From NCBI GenBank assembly GCA_964519895.1, contig CAZFLE010000015.1:2073-66072 (forward strand): 64,000 bases of DNA, in the 5' to 3' direction. Below the pieces are notes generated by a model. That model had not been told where the DNA came from. It made no database searches and was given only the letters and a program-made list of their open reading frames with translations. Source of the stretch: an uncultured Enterobacterales bacterium (GTDB taxonomy: Bacteria > Myxococcota_A > UBA796 > CAJQPC01). The position numbers and the translations under genes are program-made. Every line of letters begins with the position of its first letter. Position 1 is the first letter of the stretch. Of this stretch, positions 1 through 8,834 are shown in pieces.

Positions 1-770
1 TGGATCTGTTCATCAACTTGCGGCCGGTCAAGCTGCTGGACGCCCGGTACACCCCGCTCAAGGACAAGGCCCCGGAAGACCTGCGCTTCACCGTGTTCCG
101 AGAGAACACCGAGGGCCTCTACACCGGTGTCGGCGGCCAGTTCAAGCGCGACACACCCGACGAGATCGCCATCGAGGCCGAGCTGAACACCCGCAAGGGG
201 GTGGAACGCATCGTGCGGGCGGCGTTCGCCTTTGCCCACGAGCGTGGCCTGGACCGGGTCTGCATGTCGGACAAGTCCAACGCCATGCGCCACGGCCACG
301 ACCTGTGGCAGCGCGTGTTCAAGCAGGTGGCGTCGGAGTACCCGGCCATCGCCGCGAGCCACCTGTACGTGGACGCCCTGTGCATGGAGATGGTCCGAGC
401 ACCGGAGCAATTCCAGGTCATCGTGACGAACAACCTCTTCGGCGACATCGTCACCGATCTCGGGGCCCAGCTCCAGGGCGGCATCGGGCTCGCGGCCAGC
501 GGCAACCTGCACCCGGGCCGGGTCGGCATGTTCGAGCCGGTGCACGGCTCGGCGCCCAACATCGTGGGCCAGGGCATCGCCAATCCCCTTGCCGCCATCC
601 TCAGTGCGGGCATGATGGTGGGGTACCTGGGACACCCCGACCTCGAAGACCGCATCGAGCAGGCGGTCCGGGCCTGCCTCGTCGCTGGCCGGGTGACCCC
701 CGAGCTCGGCGGCGACCTCACAACCTCCCAGGTCGGCGACGCCGTCGTCGCGCACCTGCTCCACACCTAG
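1..770 (+). CDS. Isocitrate/isopropylmalate dehydrogenase superfamily enzyme, tartrate/D-malate dehydrogenase-like (5' partial, runs off the window)
   Basis: The frame is open from base 3 (DLFINLRPVKL). It has FRENTEGLYTGVGG, NLFGDIVTDLGA and GSAPNIVGQGIANP motifs typical of the family. The RENTEG motif rather than RELTGG argues for TtuC/IDH-like rather than canonical LeuB. Confidence 0.8.
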   Translation, partial: DLFINLRPVKLLDARYTPLKDKAPEDLRFTVFRENTEGLYTGVGGQFKRDTPDEIAIEAELNTRKGVERIVRAAFAFAHERGLDRVCMSDKSNAMRHGHDLWQRVFKQVASEYPAIAASHLYVDALCMEMVRAPEQFQVIVTNNLFGDIVTDLGAQLQGGIGLAASGNLHPGRVGMFEPVHGSAPNIVGQGIANPLAAILSAGMMVGYLGHPDLEDRIEQAVRACLVAGRVTPELGGDLTTSQVGDAVVAHLLHT

Positions 771-785
771 CACCAGGACTCCCCC

Positions 786-2003
786 ATGGGCCTCAGCACC
801 GACATCGTCTTCCTCTCCGGCAAGCGGACCCCCTTCGGCGCCTTCAACGGCGCCCTGTCCAGCCTGAGCGCCACCCAGCTGGGAACCATCGCGTCGAAGG
901 CCGCCATCCTGCAGGCGGGCGTGAACCCCGGCGACATCGACCACGTGGTCTTCGGCAACGTGATGCAGACCAGCGCGGATGCGATCTACTGCGCCCGCCA
1001 CGTGGGCCTGCAGTGCGAGATCCCGGTGGAGACGCCGGCCGTGACCGTGAACCGCCTGTGCGGCTCTGGCTTCGAATCCCTGATCCAGGCCGCCCAGCAG
1101 CTGGCCCTGGGCGACGCCACCCTGGTGCTTGCGGGTGGCACCGAGAACATGAGCCAGGCCCCCCACACCATCCGCGGTGCCCGCGCCGGCTACAAGCTCG
1201 GCGGCACCAAGATGAACGACTACCTGCAGGAGGTCCTGTACGACCCCCAGGCCGGCTGCGCGATGGCGATCACCGCCGAGAACCTGGCCGAGAAATACGA
1301 CATCAGCCGCGAAGACGCCGACGAGTACGGCTTCCGCTCGCAGACCGCGTGGAAGACCGCCCACGAGGACGGCCGCTACGCCACCGAGATCACGCCGGTG
1401 ACCCTCAGCGGCCGCCGCGGCGACACCGTGGTCGAGGTCGACGAGCACCCGCAGCTCTCTCCCCTGGCCCCCGAGAAGTACCGCACCCGCTTCGGCAAGG
1501 AGTCGATGGCCCGGCTGCGGCCGGTCTTCAAGAAGGACGGCACGGTGACCGCGGCCAATGCGTCGGGCATCAACGACGGTGCGGGCGCGATGGTCATGAC
1601 CACTGCAGACCACGCCAGTGCCAACGGCCTGACCCCGATCGGGCGCCTGGTCGGCTACGGCGTCGCGGGCGTGGAGCCCAAGTACATGGGCATCGGCCCG
1701 GTCTACGCCATCCGGCGAGCCCTTGCCCACGCGGGCATGAACCTGGATCAGATGGACCTGATCGAGATCAACGAGGCCTTCAGCAGCCAGTACCTGGCCT
1801 GCGAGCGTGAGCTGGGCCTGAACCGCGAGATCACCAACGTGAACTCCGGCGGCGTGGCCATCGGCCACCCCCTGGCCGCAAGCGGCACCCGCATCACGAC
1901 TCACCTGCTGTACGAGCTGAAGCGGCGGGGCAAGCGCTTCGGCGTCGGCTCCGCCTGCATCGGTGGCGGCCAGGGCATCGCGGTCGTGGTCGAGGTCCTG
2001 TGA
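786..2003 (+). CDS. Acetyl-CoA C-acetyltransferase (thiolase II)
   Basis: 405 aa with the VNRLCGSG active-site Cys region, NASGINDGA, and the C-terminal GVGSACIGGGQGIA thiolase signature. Confidence 0.9.
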   Translation: MGLSTDIVFLSGKRTPFGAFNGALSSLSATQLGTIASKAAILQAGVNPGDIDHVVFGNVMQTSADAIYCARHVGLQCEIPVETPAVTVNRLCGSGFESLIQAAQQLALGDATLVLAGGTENMSQAPHTIRGARAGYKLGGTKMNDYLQEVLYDPQAGCAMAITAENLAEKYDISREDADEYGFRSQTAWKTAHEDGRYATEITPVTLSGRRGDTVVEVDEHPQLSPLAPEKYRTRFGKESMARLRPVFKKDGTVTAANASGINDGAGAMVMTTADHASANGLTPIGRLVGYGVAGVEPKYMGIGPVYAIRRALAHAGMNLDQMDLIEINEAFSSQYLACERELGLNREITNVNSGGVAIGHPLAASGTRITTHLLYELKRRGKRFGVGSACIGGGQGIAVVVEVL

Positions 2004-3253
2004 TGTCCGGTTCCAACGGCCGTCCCCCGGAAGCGGACACCATCTACGACTGGAACCTCAACGGCGAGCGGGTCAGCCCGCCGCTCCGGCCCATCGAGTA
2101 CTTCGACGAGACCCTGCGCGACGGCATCCAGTGCCCGTCGGTCCAGGACCCGCCCATCGAGGCCAAGATGGAGATGATCCGGCTGATGTCGGATCTGGGC
2201 GTGCACCACGTCGACGTGGGACTGCCCGGCGCCGGCAAGCGGGCGGTCCAGGACTGCACGGTGCTGGCCGAGATGATCCGCGACGAGGGCCTGCCCATCA
2301 AGCCCACCTGTGCCGCCCGGACCCACGCCAACGACATCAACCCGATCATCGCCATCAGCCAGACTGTCGGCATCGGCATCGAGGTCATGGCCTTCCTGGG
2401 CACCAGCCCGCTGCGGCTCTACGCCGAGAGCTGGGACGCAGAGCTGCTGGAGAAGCGCACCCGCGAGGCGGTGTCCCTGGCCAAGGGCGCTGGGCTCCAG
2501 TGCACCTTTGTGACCGAAGACACCGTGCGCAGCCACCCCAAGCTGCTGGCCCGGCTCTGGAACGCCGCCATCGAGGAACAGGCCGACGGCCTGTGCCTGT
2601 GCGATACGGTGGGCCACGCCACCCCAGACGGGGTCTTCAACCTGATCCACTACGCCCGCAACATCATCCGGGCCGCGGACACGGACACCCGCATCGACTG
2701 GCACGGTCACAACGACCGAGGCCACGCGCTGCCGAACGCACTCATGGCCATCGAAGCCGGCGCCGACCGCATCCACGGCACCGTGCTCGGCATGGGCGAG
2801 CGGGTGGGCAACACAGCCCTGGACCTGCTGATGGTCAACTTGAAGCTCCTGGGCCAGGAAGACGGCGACCTGCGCAAGCTGGTCGACCTGGTCGAGCTGG
2901 CCAGCGAGGCCTGCCACGTGCCGATCCCGCCCGCGTACCCGGTCTTTGGCCACGACGCCTTCCGCACCGGGACCGGCGTGCACGCCGCAGCGGTCATCAA
3001 GGCCCAGCGCAAGGGCCACGCCTGGCTGGCCGACCGCATCTACTCCGGCGTGCCCGCGGCGTGGTTCGGCCGCGAGCAGATCATCGAGGTGGGCCACTAC
3101 TCCGGTGCATCCAACGTGGTCGCCTGGCTCCAGGCCCACGACATCGAGGCGACCGAGAGCCTGGTCCAGGCCGTCATGCACAAGGCCAAGTCGGGCAACC
3201 GCCTGCTCGAAGAGGCCGAGATCCTCCAGGTGGTCGCCGAGCACCGGGTGTGA
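2000..3253 (+). CDS. HMGL-like (DRE-TIM) 2-isopropylmalate/homocitrate synthase family protein
   Basis: 417 aa with ETLRDGIQ, HGHNDRGHALPNALMAIEAGADRIHGTVLGMGERVGN and GVHAAAV motifs. Its start overlaps the thiolase stop (ATGA). Confidence 0.75.
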   Translation: MMSGSNGRPPEADTIYDWNLNGERVSPPLRPIEYFDETLRDGIQCPSVQDPPIEAKMEMIRLMSDLGVHHVDVGLPGAGKRAVQDCTVLAEMIRDEGLPIKPTCAARTHANDINPIIAISQTVGIGIEVMAFLGTSPLRLYAESWDAELLEKRTREAVSLAKGAGLQCTFVTEDTVRSHPKLLARLWNAAIEEQADGLCLCDTVGHATPDGVFNLIHYARNIIRAADTDTRIDWHGHNDRGHALPNALMAIEAGADRIHGTVLGMGERVGNTALDLLMVNLKLLGQEDGDLRKLVDLVELASEACHVPIPPAYPVFGHDAFRTGTGVHAAAVIKAQRKGHAWLADRIYSGVPAAWFGREQIIEVGHYSGASNVVAWLQAHDIEATESLVQAVMHKAKSGNRLLEEAEILQVVAEHRV

Positions 3254-3321
3254 GGCCCAACCCGGATTCCCTGGGCCTCCCAGAACTCGCCGGGCTTCCC
3301 GCCTGGGAGCCGGGCCGCACG

Positions 3322-3864
3322 ATGGCCCTGGGCGGCCGGGTGCGGGGCAGCCTGCTCAAGGACTGGGGGGTGCACGTGGAGCGCCGCTGGGGCCGAGGTG
3401 CCCCCGAGGCGCTGGTCGAGGCACTGGGCTTCGATCTGGCCATTCGCCCGGCCCAGGGCGCCTGGTTCCCGGTCTGGGTCCAGCTTCGCCTGACGGAGCT
3501 CATCATCGAGCGGCACCTGGGCGGAGACCGGGCGGCGTTGGCCCCCTTGATCTGGGAGGACGCCGCCCTGAGCGCCGGTCCGCTGGCCACCGCGGCGCTG
3601 CGCCTCGCCGGCCCCGTGCGCATCCTCAAGCGCGCCCCGGGCAGCTTCTCCGGGCTCTACGACCAGGTCCAGGCGACGACCGAGCTCGACGACCAGCGCA
3701 TCGCCGTGCGCTTCACCGGCCCGGACCACGTGGACCAGCCCACCTGGAAGCTGCTCCAGGCCACGTCGCTCACGGGCCTGGTCCAGATGGCTGGACTGAG
3801 CGACTGGTCCCTGGCGGCGAGCTCGCCCTCTCCCGGCGCCTTCGACCTGACGCTGAGCCTGTGA
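3322..3864 (+). CDS. Hypothetical protein, possibly TIGR02265/DUF2378 (Myxococcus paralogous family)
   Basis: This is the in-frame tail of track ORF 1963..3864, with the first plausible ATG at 3322. The size (180 aa) and sequence style resemble DUF2378. The assignment is from memory only. Confidence 0.4.
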   Translation: MALGGRVRGSLLKDWGVHVERRWGRGAPEALVEALGFDLAIRPAQGAWFPVWVQLRLTELIIERHLGGDRAALAPLIWEDAALSAGPLATAALRLAGPVRILKRAPGSFSGLYDQVQATTELDDQRIAVRFTGPDHVDQPTWKLLQATSLTGLVQMAGLSDWSLAASSPSPGAFDLTLSL

Positions 3865-4122
3865 CCCCAGATGACCTCGGCGGGGGCGCTGCGCCCAGGC
3901 CGTGAGCGTCAGGCCGCGGTCCTGGGCTGGCGTCGGTTTCTTGCGGGCTCGATCACGCCGCCCAGACAGTCCAACGCGACAACCCAACCCAGAGTCATGC
4001 CCCAGGGTCAGAACCAATCACAATCCCGATCCATCCCGGCGAGGCTAATGCTTAACAAAAGGTTCCCGACCCCGGTTCCCGAGACTCCCGAGACCCCGGT
4101 TCCACGACCCGCTGGCCTCCAG

Positions 4123-4286
4123 CTAGTCCCCTGTCTCACAAGTTCGTGAGGTGATCGCGCAGCCATCGCCGTGGCTGGTGGTCTGCTCGAGCGGCCGGTG
4201 TGGCCGAGTCACATCAAAGCGAGAGCGGGCCGCCAGGCGCGGCGAGGGCAAGTGAGCGCCCACGAACTTGTGAGACAGGGGACTAG
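4123..4286. mobile_element. MITE-like element, copy 1 (164 bp, perfect 26-bp terminal inverted repeats, flanked by CTAG)
   Basis: The left arm ctagtcccctgtctcacaagttcgtg is the exact reverse complement of the right arm cacgaacttgtgagacaggggactag. A gap-free colinear second copy lies at 28337-28500, and the two share an identical 27-nt core gcggccggtgtggccgagtcacatcaa. Confidence 0.7.
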
Positions 4287-4307
4287 TGGGGTGAGTCGAA
4301 CGCTCGC

Positions 4308-6629
4308 TCAGTAGTGCCGCTGGAGCACGTACCAGCCGAACGCCCTGAGCATGACCTTGGAGAGGCTGTCGTCGACCAGCGGATCGAGCTGGCGCCAGGC
4401 GTCTTCCACCAGGCCTTCGGCCTGTTCCACGCAGTCGTCGATGGCTCCGATCTCTTCCAGGCGCGCGATGACGTCGTTCACGACGGCCTGGTCCTGGGGA
4501 CAGGCACAGACCGTGTCGGCCAGCCATGCCCGATCGTCGGGGGACAGGACCCGCATCGCCTTGACCACGGGCAGGGTGATCTTGCCCTGGCGGATGTCCT
4601 CGCCGCGCTCCTTGAGGTTGCCCTTGAAGCCCCGTAGGTTCAACACGTCGTCGATGATCTGGAAGGCCAGGCCCAGGGACTCGAAGTAGCGTCCGACGCC
4701 GTCGATCTGTTCCTCGCTGCCCTTGCCGGCGATGGCGCCCATGCGCGCGAGGGCCGCGGCAGGCGCTGCGGTCTTGAGGCGGTGGATCGCCAGGACCCGC
4801 TGCTCCAGGAAGTCGATGCGACCGGTCTCCACGGCGCCGGGCACGGCGTCCATGGGCCCCAACAGGTCCAGGGCCTGGCCGGCGTGACCAGCACGGAGCG
4901 CCTCGAAGTAGAGCTCGTAGACACGCACGGTCTCGGCGCTGGAGAGGTCCGGGTTCTGCAGCAGCTGCTGGCCGATGAAGTACCCGGCTGTCCCCGAGTT
5001 GATGGCCAGGGCCTCGCCGTAGACCAGGTGACAGGCCGGTCCGCCGCGACGCCAGTCGGACTTGTCCTGCACGTCGTCGACGATCAGTGAGCCCACGTGC
5101 ATGAGCTCGGGCATCGCCAGCCACTTCACGTAGTCCCGGCTGTCGCCCCCCACGATGTCGCAGCAAGCCAGCGCCGCATAGCTGCGCCAGGCCTTGCCCC
5201 CCCGGTCGGTGATCTCGCGGAGGGGCTTCAGGTAGCCCTCGACCAGCTGGTCGTGGTCCACGCCCTCCATGAAGTGATCTCGGTGCTCCCCGGACACCAG
5301 GTCCCGCAGCGCGTTGTAGCTGGGGCGCTCGATCGGCAGGACCTTGCGGATGGAGCGCCGGACCTCGCGGGAGACCGACTTGAAGAACTTGTCCAGGGTG
5401 TCGGTCGTGAAGTACCCGCTGCGCTCCACATAGGCCTGGCCTGTGAGGCGGCGCTTGCCCCGGGTCCCCTGGACCAGACATCGCCCTTCCCAGAACGCCG
5501 GCTTGGAGATCAGCGTCACGAATTCCTGGTCTGCGAAGCACGCCTCGATCCGCAGCTCCAGGTCCGCCGCGGGCACGCTGAGCGTCCAGGCCAGCGGATA
5601 GCGGTTGAAGGTCCGGGCGCTGGTCCAGCTGTTCGGATCCGGGGTGAGCTCGAGCTCCGGGAAGCGGGTGACCGTGCCGTCCGCATCGATCAGCACGGCA
5701 CAGGCGTCGATCGGGGCCTGGCCAGCCAGGTCCTCCATGGTGTAGGCCGTGAGCTGGGAGCCGTCTTTCAGCTGGGCCGCGAGCCAGTTCCAGGCCATGT
5801 CGTCGTTGGCCACGGCCGCAGGGGGCTCGCCGGCCACCGGCGGGGCGGGATCCTGTCCCATCGCATCGGCGTCCAGGATGGAGTGGGCCCCGAACTCGTG
5901 GTCGTACCAGGCCTTTCCACCCCGGACCCGCTTGCGACGGCCGTCGAGCCACACCTGGCCGCTCACGTCACAGCGGGGCAGGAAGTAGTAGAACATGTCC
6001 TCGCCGGCCCGGCCCTTGACCACGCCGTCGGTCCCGTGGCGCACCGCCGTGCAGCGCGGGGTCAGCGTCAGGTCGACCGCGGTGCCTTCGGGTCCGTCCT
6101 TGAGCTCCAGCCGGTAGCGCCCGTCGTCGAGCTTCCAGAACCGGTTGCCCCCGAAGTCCAGGTCCAGACGGCCCTTGGAGACCAGCACCGGTGCGGCGAA
6201 GAACCGGTCCGGCTGGGGCACCTGGCCGCGCTCCAGGACCTCCTTCATCGCCTGCTGGATGCGGGGGTCCCGAGAGCCCTGACCGCGCTTGATCTTCTCC
6301 AGCCCGTGCTTGGGTGCGCTGGTGTCCACCCGGCTGTCGAACAGGTAGCGCGACCGCGCGGTGTCGCTGACGGCCCAGGTCAGGCTGTGGGCATGGATCG
6401 GGGCCTTGGTGTCCGGGTGCTCCCCGCTGAGGATGCGGAAGAACGACGCGAACACGCCCACCGTTCGACCCCGGCCGAGGTCCAGGTGGCCGTTGAGGTA
6501 CCACCACTCGGTTGTGGAGGAGGCATGGGGCAGATCCTGCACCGCCAGGTCGATGGGACCTGGGCCGGGCCAGTCGACGGGTGCGTCCACCAGACGGATC
6601 GCCGTCGGCCCGAAGGCGTTCTCTCCCAC
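4308..6629 (-). CDS. Fusion protein: N-terminal CrtC/AttH-like lipocalin (carotenoid hydratase-like) domain plus C-terminal polyprenyl diphosphate synthase
   Basis: 773 aa. The N-terminal half has the TEWWYLNGHL motif and beta-rich architecture typical of AttH/CrtC. The C-terminal half has prenyl synthase Asp-rich motifs LIVDDVQDKSDWRRG and FQIIDDVLN. Confidence 0.75.
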   Translation of the reverse strand: MGENAFGPTAIRLVDAPVDWPGPGPIDLAVQDLPHASSTTEWWYLNGHLDLGRGRTVGVFASFFRILSGEHPDTKAPIHAHSLTWAVSDTARSRYLFDSRVDTSAPKHGLEKIKRGQGSRDPRIQQAMKEVLERGQVPQPDRFFAAPVLVSKGRLDLDFGGNRFWKLDDGRYRLELKDGPEGTAVDLTLTPRCTAVRHGTDGVVKGRAGEDMFYYFLPRCDVSGQVWLDGRRKRVRGGKAWYDHEFGAHSILDADAMGQDPAPPVAGEPPAAVANDDMAWNWLAAQLKDGSQLTAYTMEDLAGQAPIDACAVLIDADGTVTRFPELELTPDPNSWTSARTFNRYPLAWTLSVPAADLELRIEACFADQEFVTLISKPAFWEGRCLVQGTRGKRRLTGQAYVERSGYFTTDTLDKFFKSVSREVRRSIRKVLPIERPSYNALRDLVSGEHRDHFMEGVDHDQLVEGYLKPLREITDRGGKAWRSYAALACCDIVGGDSRDYVKWLAMPELMHVGSLIVDDVQDKSDWRRGGPACHLVYGEALAINSGTAGYFIGQQLLQNPDLSSAETVRVYELYFEALRAGHAGQALDLLGPMDAVPGAVETGRIDFLEQRVLAIHRLKTAAPAAALARMGAIAGKGSEEQIDGVGRYFESLGLAFQIIDDVLNLRGFKGNLKERGEDIRQGKITLPVVKAMRVLSPDDRAWLADTVCACPQDQAVVNDVIARLEEIGAIDDCVEQAEGLVEDAWRQLDPLVDDSLSKVMLRAFGWYVLQRHY

Positions 6630-6765
6630 TGCTTCTCCACGGGTGCCGCGGTTTACCTACCACCCGGTCGGGAGCGGGTAAGGGCCCGCCATCAGTCTTG
6701 ACGCCTTCCAGACTGGGCGTTGACAGCCCGAACCCGGGTCCGTGGCCCCGAGTGGGCCACTGGAT

Positions 6766-7122
6766 TCAGTCGTCGGCGTCGGTCGATCCGTCCGTGAGGC
6801 GCTCCAGCACCTGGGCCCTGAGGGCCTCGCGCTTGGCGTCCGTGGTGTTCGAGCCGGCGTCGCGCCAGGCCATGAGGTAGTGCCTGTTGTTCTGGACCGT
6901 GTGCAGGATGAGCAGCCCGGCCAGCATCAGGTTCACGATGCGCAGGACCCCGGTGAACCCGGGAATACCCACGGTCACCAGCACGCAGGCCACCGCGAAA
7001 TTGGCCAGCTGGATGGTCCAGAACAGGGCCTTGCGCCGGTACCATCGCTCCCCCACGTGCAGAGCCCGGTTGGCGATCATCAGGCCCACGGTGCCGAACA
7101 GCAGCCAGGTGTCCAGGTCCAT
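6766..7122 (-). CDS. Small integral membrane protein (118 aa), hypothetical
   Basis: This is the tail of track ORF 6766..7710. Its ATG at 7122 overlaps the panC stop (ATGA). It has three hydrophobic segments. Confidence 0.5.
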   Translation of the reverse strand: MDLDTWLLFGTVGLMIANRALHVGERWYRRKALFWTIQLANFAVACVLVTVGIPGFTGVLRIVNLMLAGLLILHTVQNNRHYLMAWRDAGSNTTDAKREALRAQVLERLTDGSTDADD

Positions 7123-7952
7123 CAGGGCACGAGGGCCCGGTTGTCGATGAGCCGGGTCTGGCCGTAGAAGGCGGCGACCAGGGCCCTGGCCGGACCGGTC
7201 ACGGTCTGCACCGGGGCCAGACTGTCGGCGTCTCGGACCTCGAGGTAGTCGAGGCGGTCGGCCCGGATCTGATCTCGACCCAGGGCCAACAGCTGGGGCA
7301 CGTCGCGGGTGCCGCTGGCCACGGCGTCGGCCATCGCCGTGAGCGCCCGGTTCAGGCTGAGCCCCCGGGCCCGCTGGTCCGGGGTCAGGTAGGCGTTGCG
7401 CGAGGAGAGGGCCAGACCATCGGGGTCCCGGATGAGGGGAGCCCCCACCACCTCGACAGCGAGGGCCAGATCGCAGGTCATGCGCCGGACCACCGCGAGC
7501 TGCTGGTAGTCCTTTTCGCCGAAGACCGCGACGTGGGGCTGGACCAGCCCGAAGAGCCGCGCGACCACCGTGGTCACCCCGTCGAAGTGACCGGGCCGGC
7601 GACCACCGCACAGGCCTTCGCTCACCCCGCTCACCGAGACCCCGGTCGAGAAGTCCCGGGGGTAGAAGCGCTCGGGCACGAACAGCAGGTCGACCCCGTG
7701 ATCCCGGCACTTGGCCGCATCCCCCGCCAGGTCTCGCGGGTAGGTGTCCAGGTCCTCGCTCGGGCCGAACTGCAACGGGTTCACGAAGATGCTGACCACG
7801 AGACGGTCGCAGTCCCCCCGCGCGCGGTCCATCAGGCTGGTGTGCCCCGCGTGCAGGAAGCCCATGGTGGGCACGAAGCCGATGCGCAGCCCGGCCTGGC
7901 GCCAGGCGCGGGTCTGCGTGATCAATGCATCGGGGGATGCGACGGACTCCAT
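7122..7952 (-). CDS. panC: Pantoate--beta-alanine ligase
   Basis: Carries GFVPTMGFLHAGHTSL, FVNPLQFGPSEDL and GEKDYQQ motifs. The start was trimmed to the Met 4 nt downstream of the panB stop. Confidence 0.9.
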   Translation of the reverse strand: MESVASPDALITQTRAWRQAGLRIGFVPTMGFLHAGHTSLMDRARGDCDRLVVSIFVNPLQFGPSEDLDTYPRDLAGDAAKCRDHGVDLLFVPERFYPRDFSTGVSVSGVSEGLCGGRRPGHFDGVTTVVARLFGLVQPHVAVFGEKDYQQLAVVRRMTCDLALAVEVVGAPLIRDPDGLALSSRNAYLTPDQRARGLSLNRALTAMADAVASGTRDVPQLLALGRDQIRADRLDYLEVRDADSLAPVQTVTGPARALVAAFYGQTRLIDNRALVP

Positions 7953-7956
7953 CGCT

Positions 7957-8826
7957 TCAGTAGAGCTTGGCGAGCTGCGGGCCAGGCCGGGCCTTGCGCT
8001 TCCAGAAGCCGTGCTCACGGGCGGGGAAGCTGCCGGCCTTGACCTCGGCCACGTAGCGGGTCACCGCGTCGACCATCGGCTGCTCCAGCTCGGCGAAGCG
8101 CTTGACGAAGCGGGGCTTGAAGCTGGTGTCGAAGCCCAGGAGATCGTTGCACACCAGGACCTGGCCGTCGCAGTGCGGCCCGGCGCCGATGCCGATGGAC
8201 GGGATGTGCAGCAGCGCCGTCAGCTCGGCTGCCAGCTCGCCGGGCACCATCTCGAACACCACGCTGAAGGCGCCGGCGTCCTGGACCGCCAGGCAGTCCC
8301 GCCGGAGCTGGTCAGCACCCGCGTCGCCGCGGCCCTGGACACGCCAGCCCCCCAGCGCGTGCACGGACTGCGGGGTCAGCCCCACGTGAGCCACCACCGG
8401 GATGCCGGCCTCGACGATGCGCGCGATGGCCGGGGCCGAGCGCTCGCCGCCCTCGAGCTTCACGCTCTGGGCACTGCCCTTCTGGACCAGGTACCCGGCC
8501 GACGTGAGCGCCTGTTCCGGGGAGACCTGGTAGGACATGAACGGCATGTCGACCGTCAGGTGGGCCCTCTGCAGACCCCGGGCGACGCAGCGCCCGTGGT
8601 AGGCCATGTCGTCCAGGCTCACCGACAAGGTGTCCTGCTGGCCCTGGATGACCATGCCCAGCGAGTCGCCCACCAGGACCATGTCTACGCCGGCTTGGTC
8701 GACCAGGCGGGCCATGGAGTAGTCATAGGCCGTGACCATGGCGATCTTCTCGGGTCCATCGGACCCCTTACTCTCGAGGTTGTCGGCCTTCATGCGGAGA
8801 AGGTCCAACGCGGTCTTGCGGGGCAT
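7957..8826 (-). CDS. panB: 3-methyl-2-oxobutanoate hydroxymethyltransferase
   Basis: The C-terminal 289 aa of the 804-aa track ORF carry VTAYDY, LVGDSLGMV, VKLEGG, HVGLTPQS and IGIGAG motifs. The ATG is at 8826. Confidence 0.9.
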   Translation of the reverse strand: MPRKTALDLLRMKADNLESKGSDGPEKIAMVTAYDYSMARLVDQAGVDMVLVGDSLGMVIQGQQDTLSVSLDDMAYHGRCVARGLQRAHLTVDMPFMSYQVSPEQALTSAGYLVQKGSAQSVKLEGGERSAPAIARIVEAGIPVVAHVGLTPQSVHALGGWRVQGRGDAGADQLRRDCLAVQDAGAFSVVFEMVPGELAAELTALLHIPSIGIGAGPHCDGQVLVCNDLLGFDTSFKPRFVKRFAELEQPMVDAVTRYVAEVKAGSFPAREHGFWKRKARPGPQLAKLY

Positions 8827-8834
8827 CTGCCCTC

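Noticed and set aside
3871-4149. A 92-aa ORF in the intergenic region, with short direct repeats (gaccccggttcc twice) around 4060-4110.
   Set aside because: The ORF runs into the MITE arm and has an implausible composition. The short repeats are too few to call a repeat family or binding-site array.
6690-6730. Two TTGAC boxes and a hairpin (cagtct..agactg) between the prenyl-synthase fusion and the small membrane protein gene.
   Set aside because: The boxes are on the plus strand, where no nearby gene follows. The hairpin is weak (6 bp) with no T-run. That is insufficient for a promoter or terminator call.
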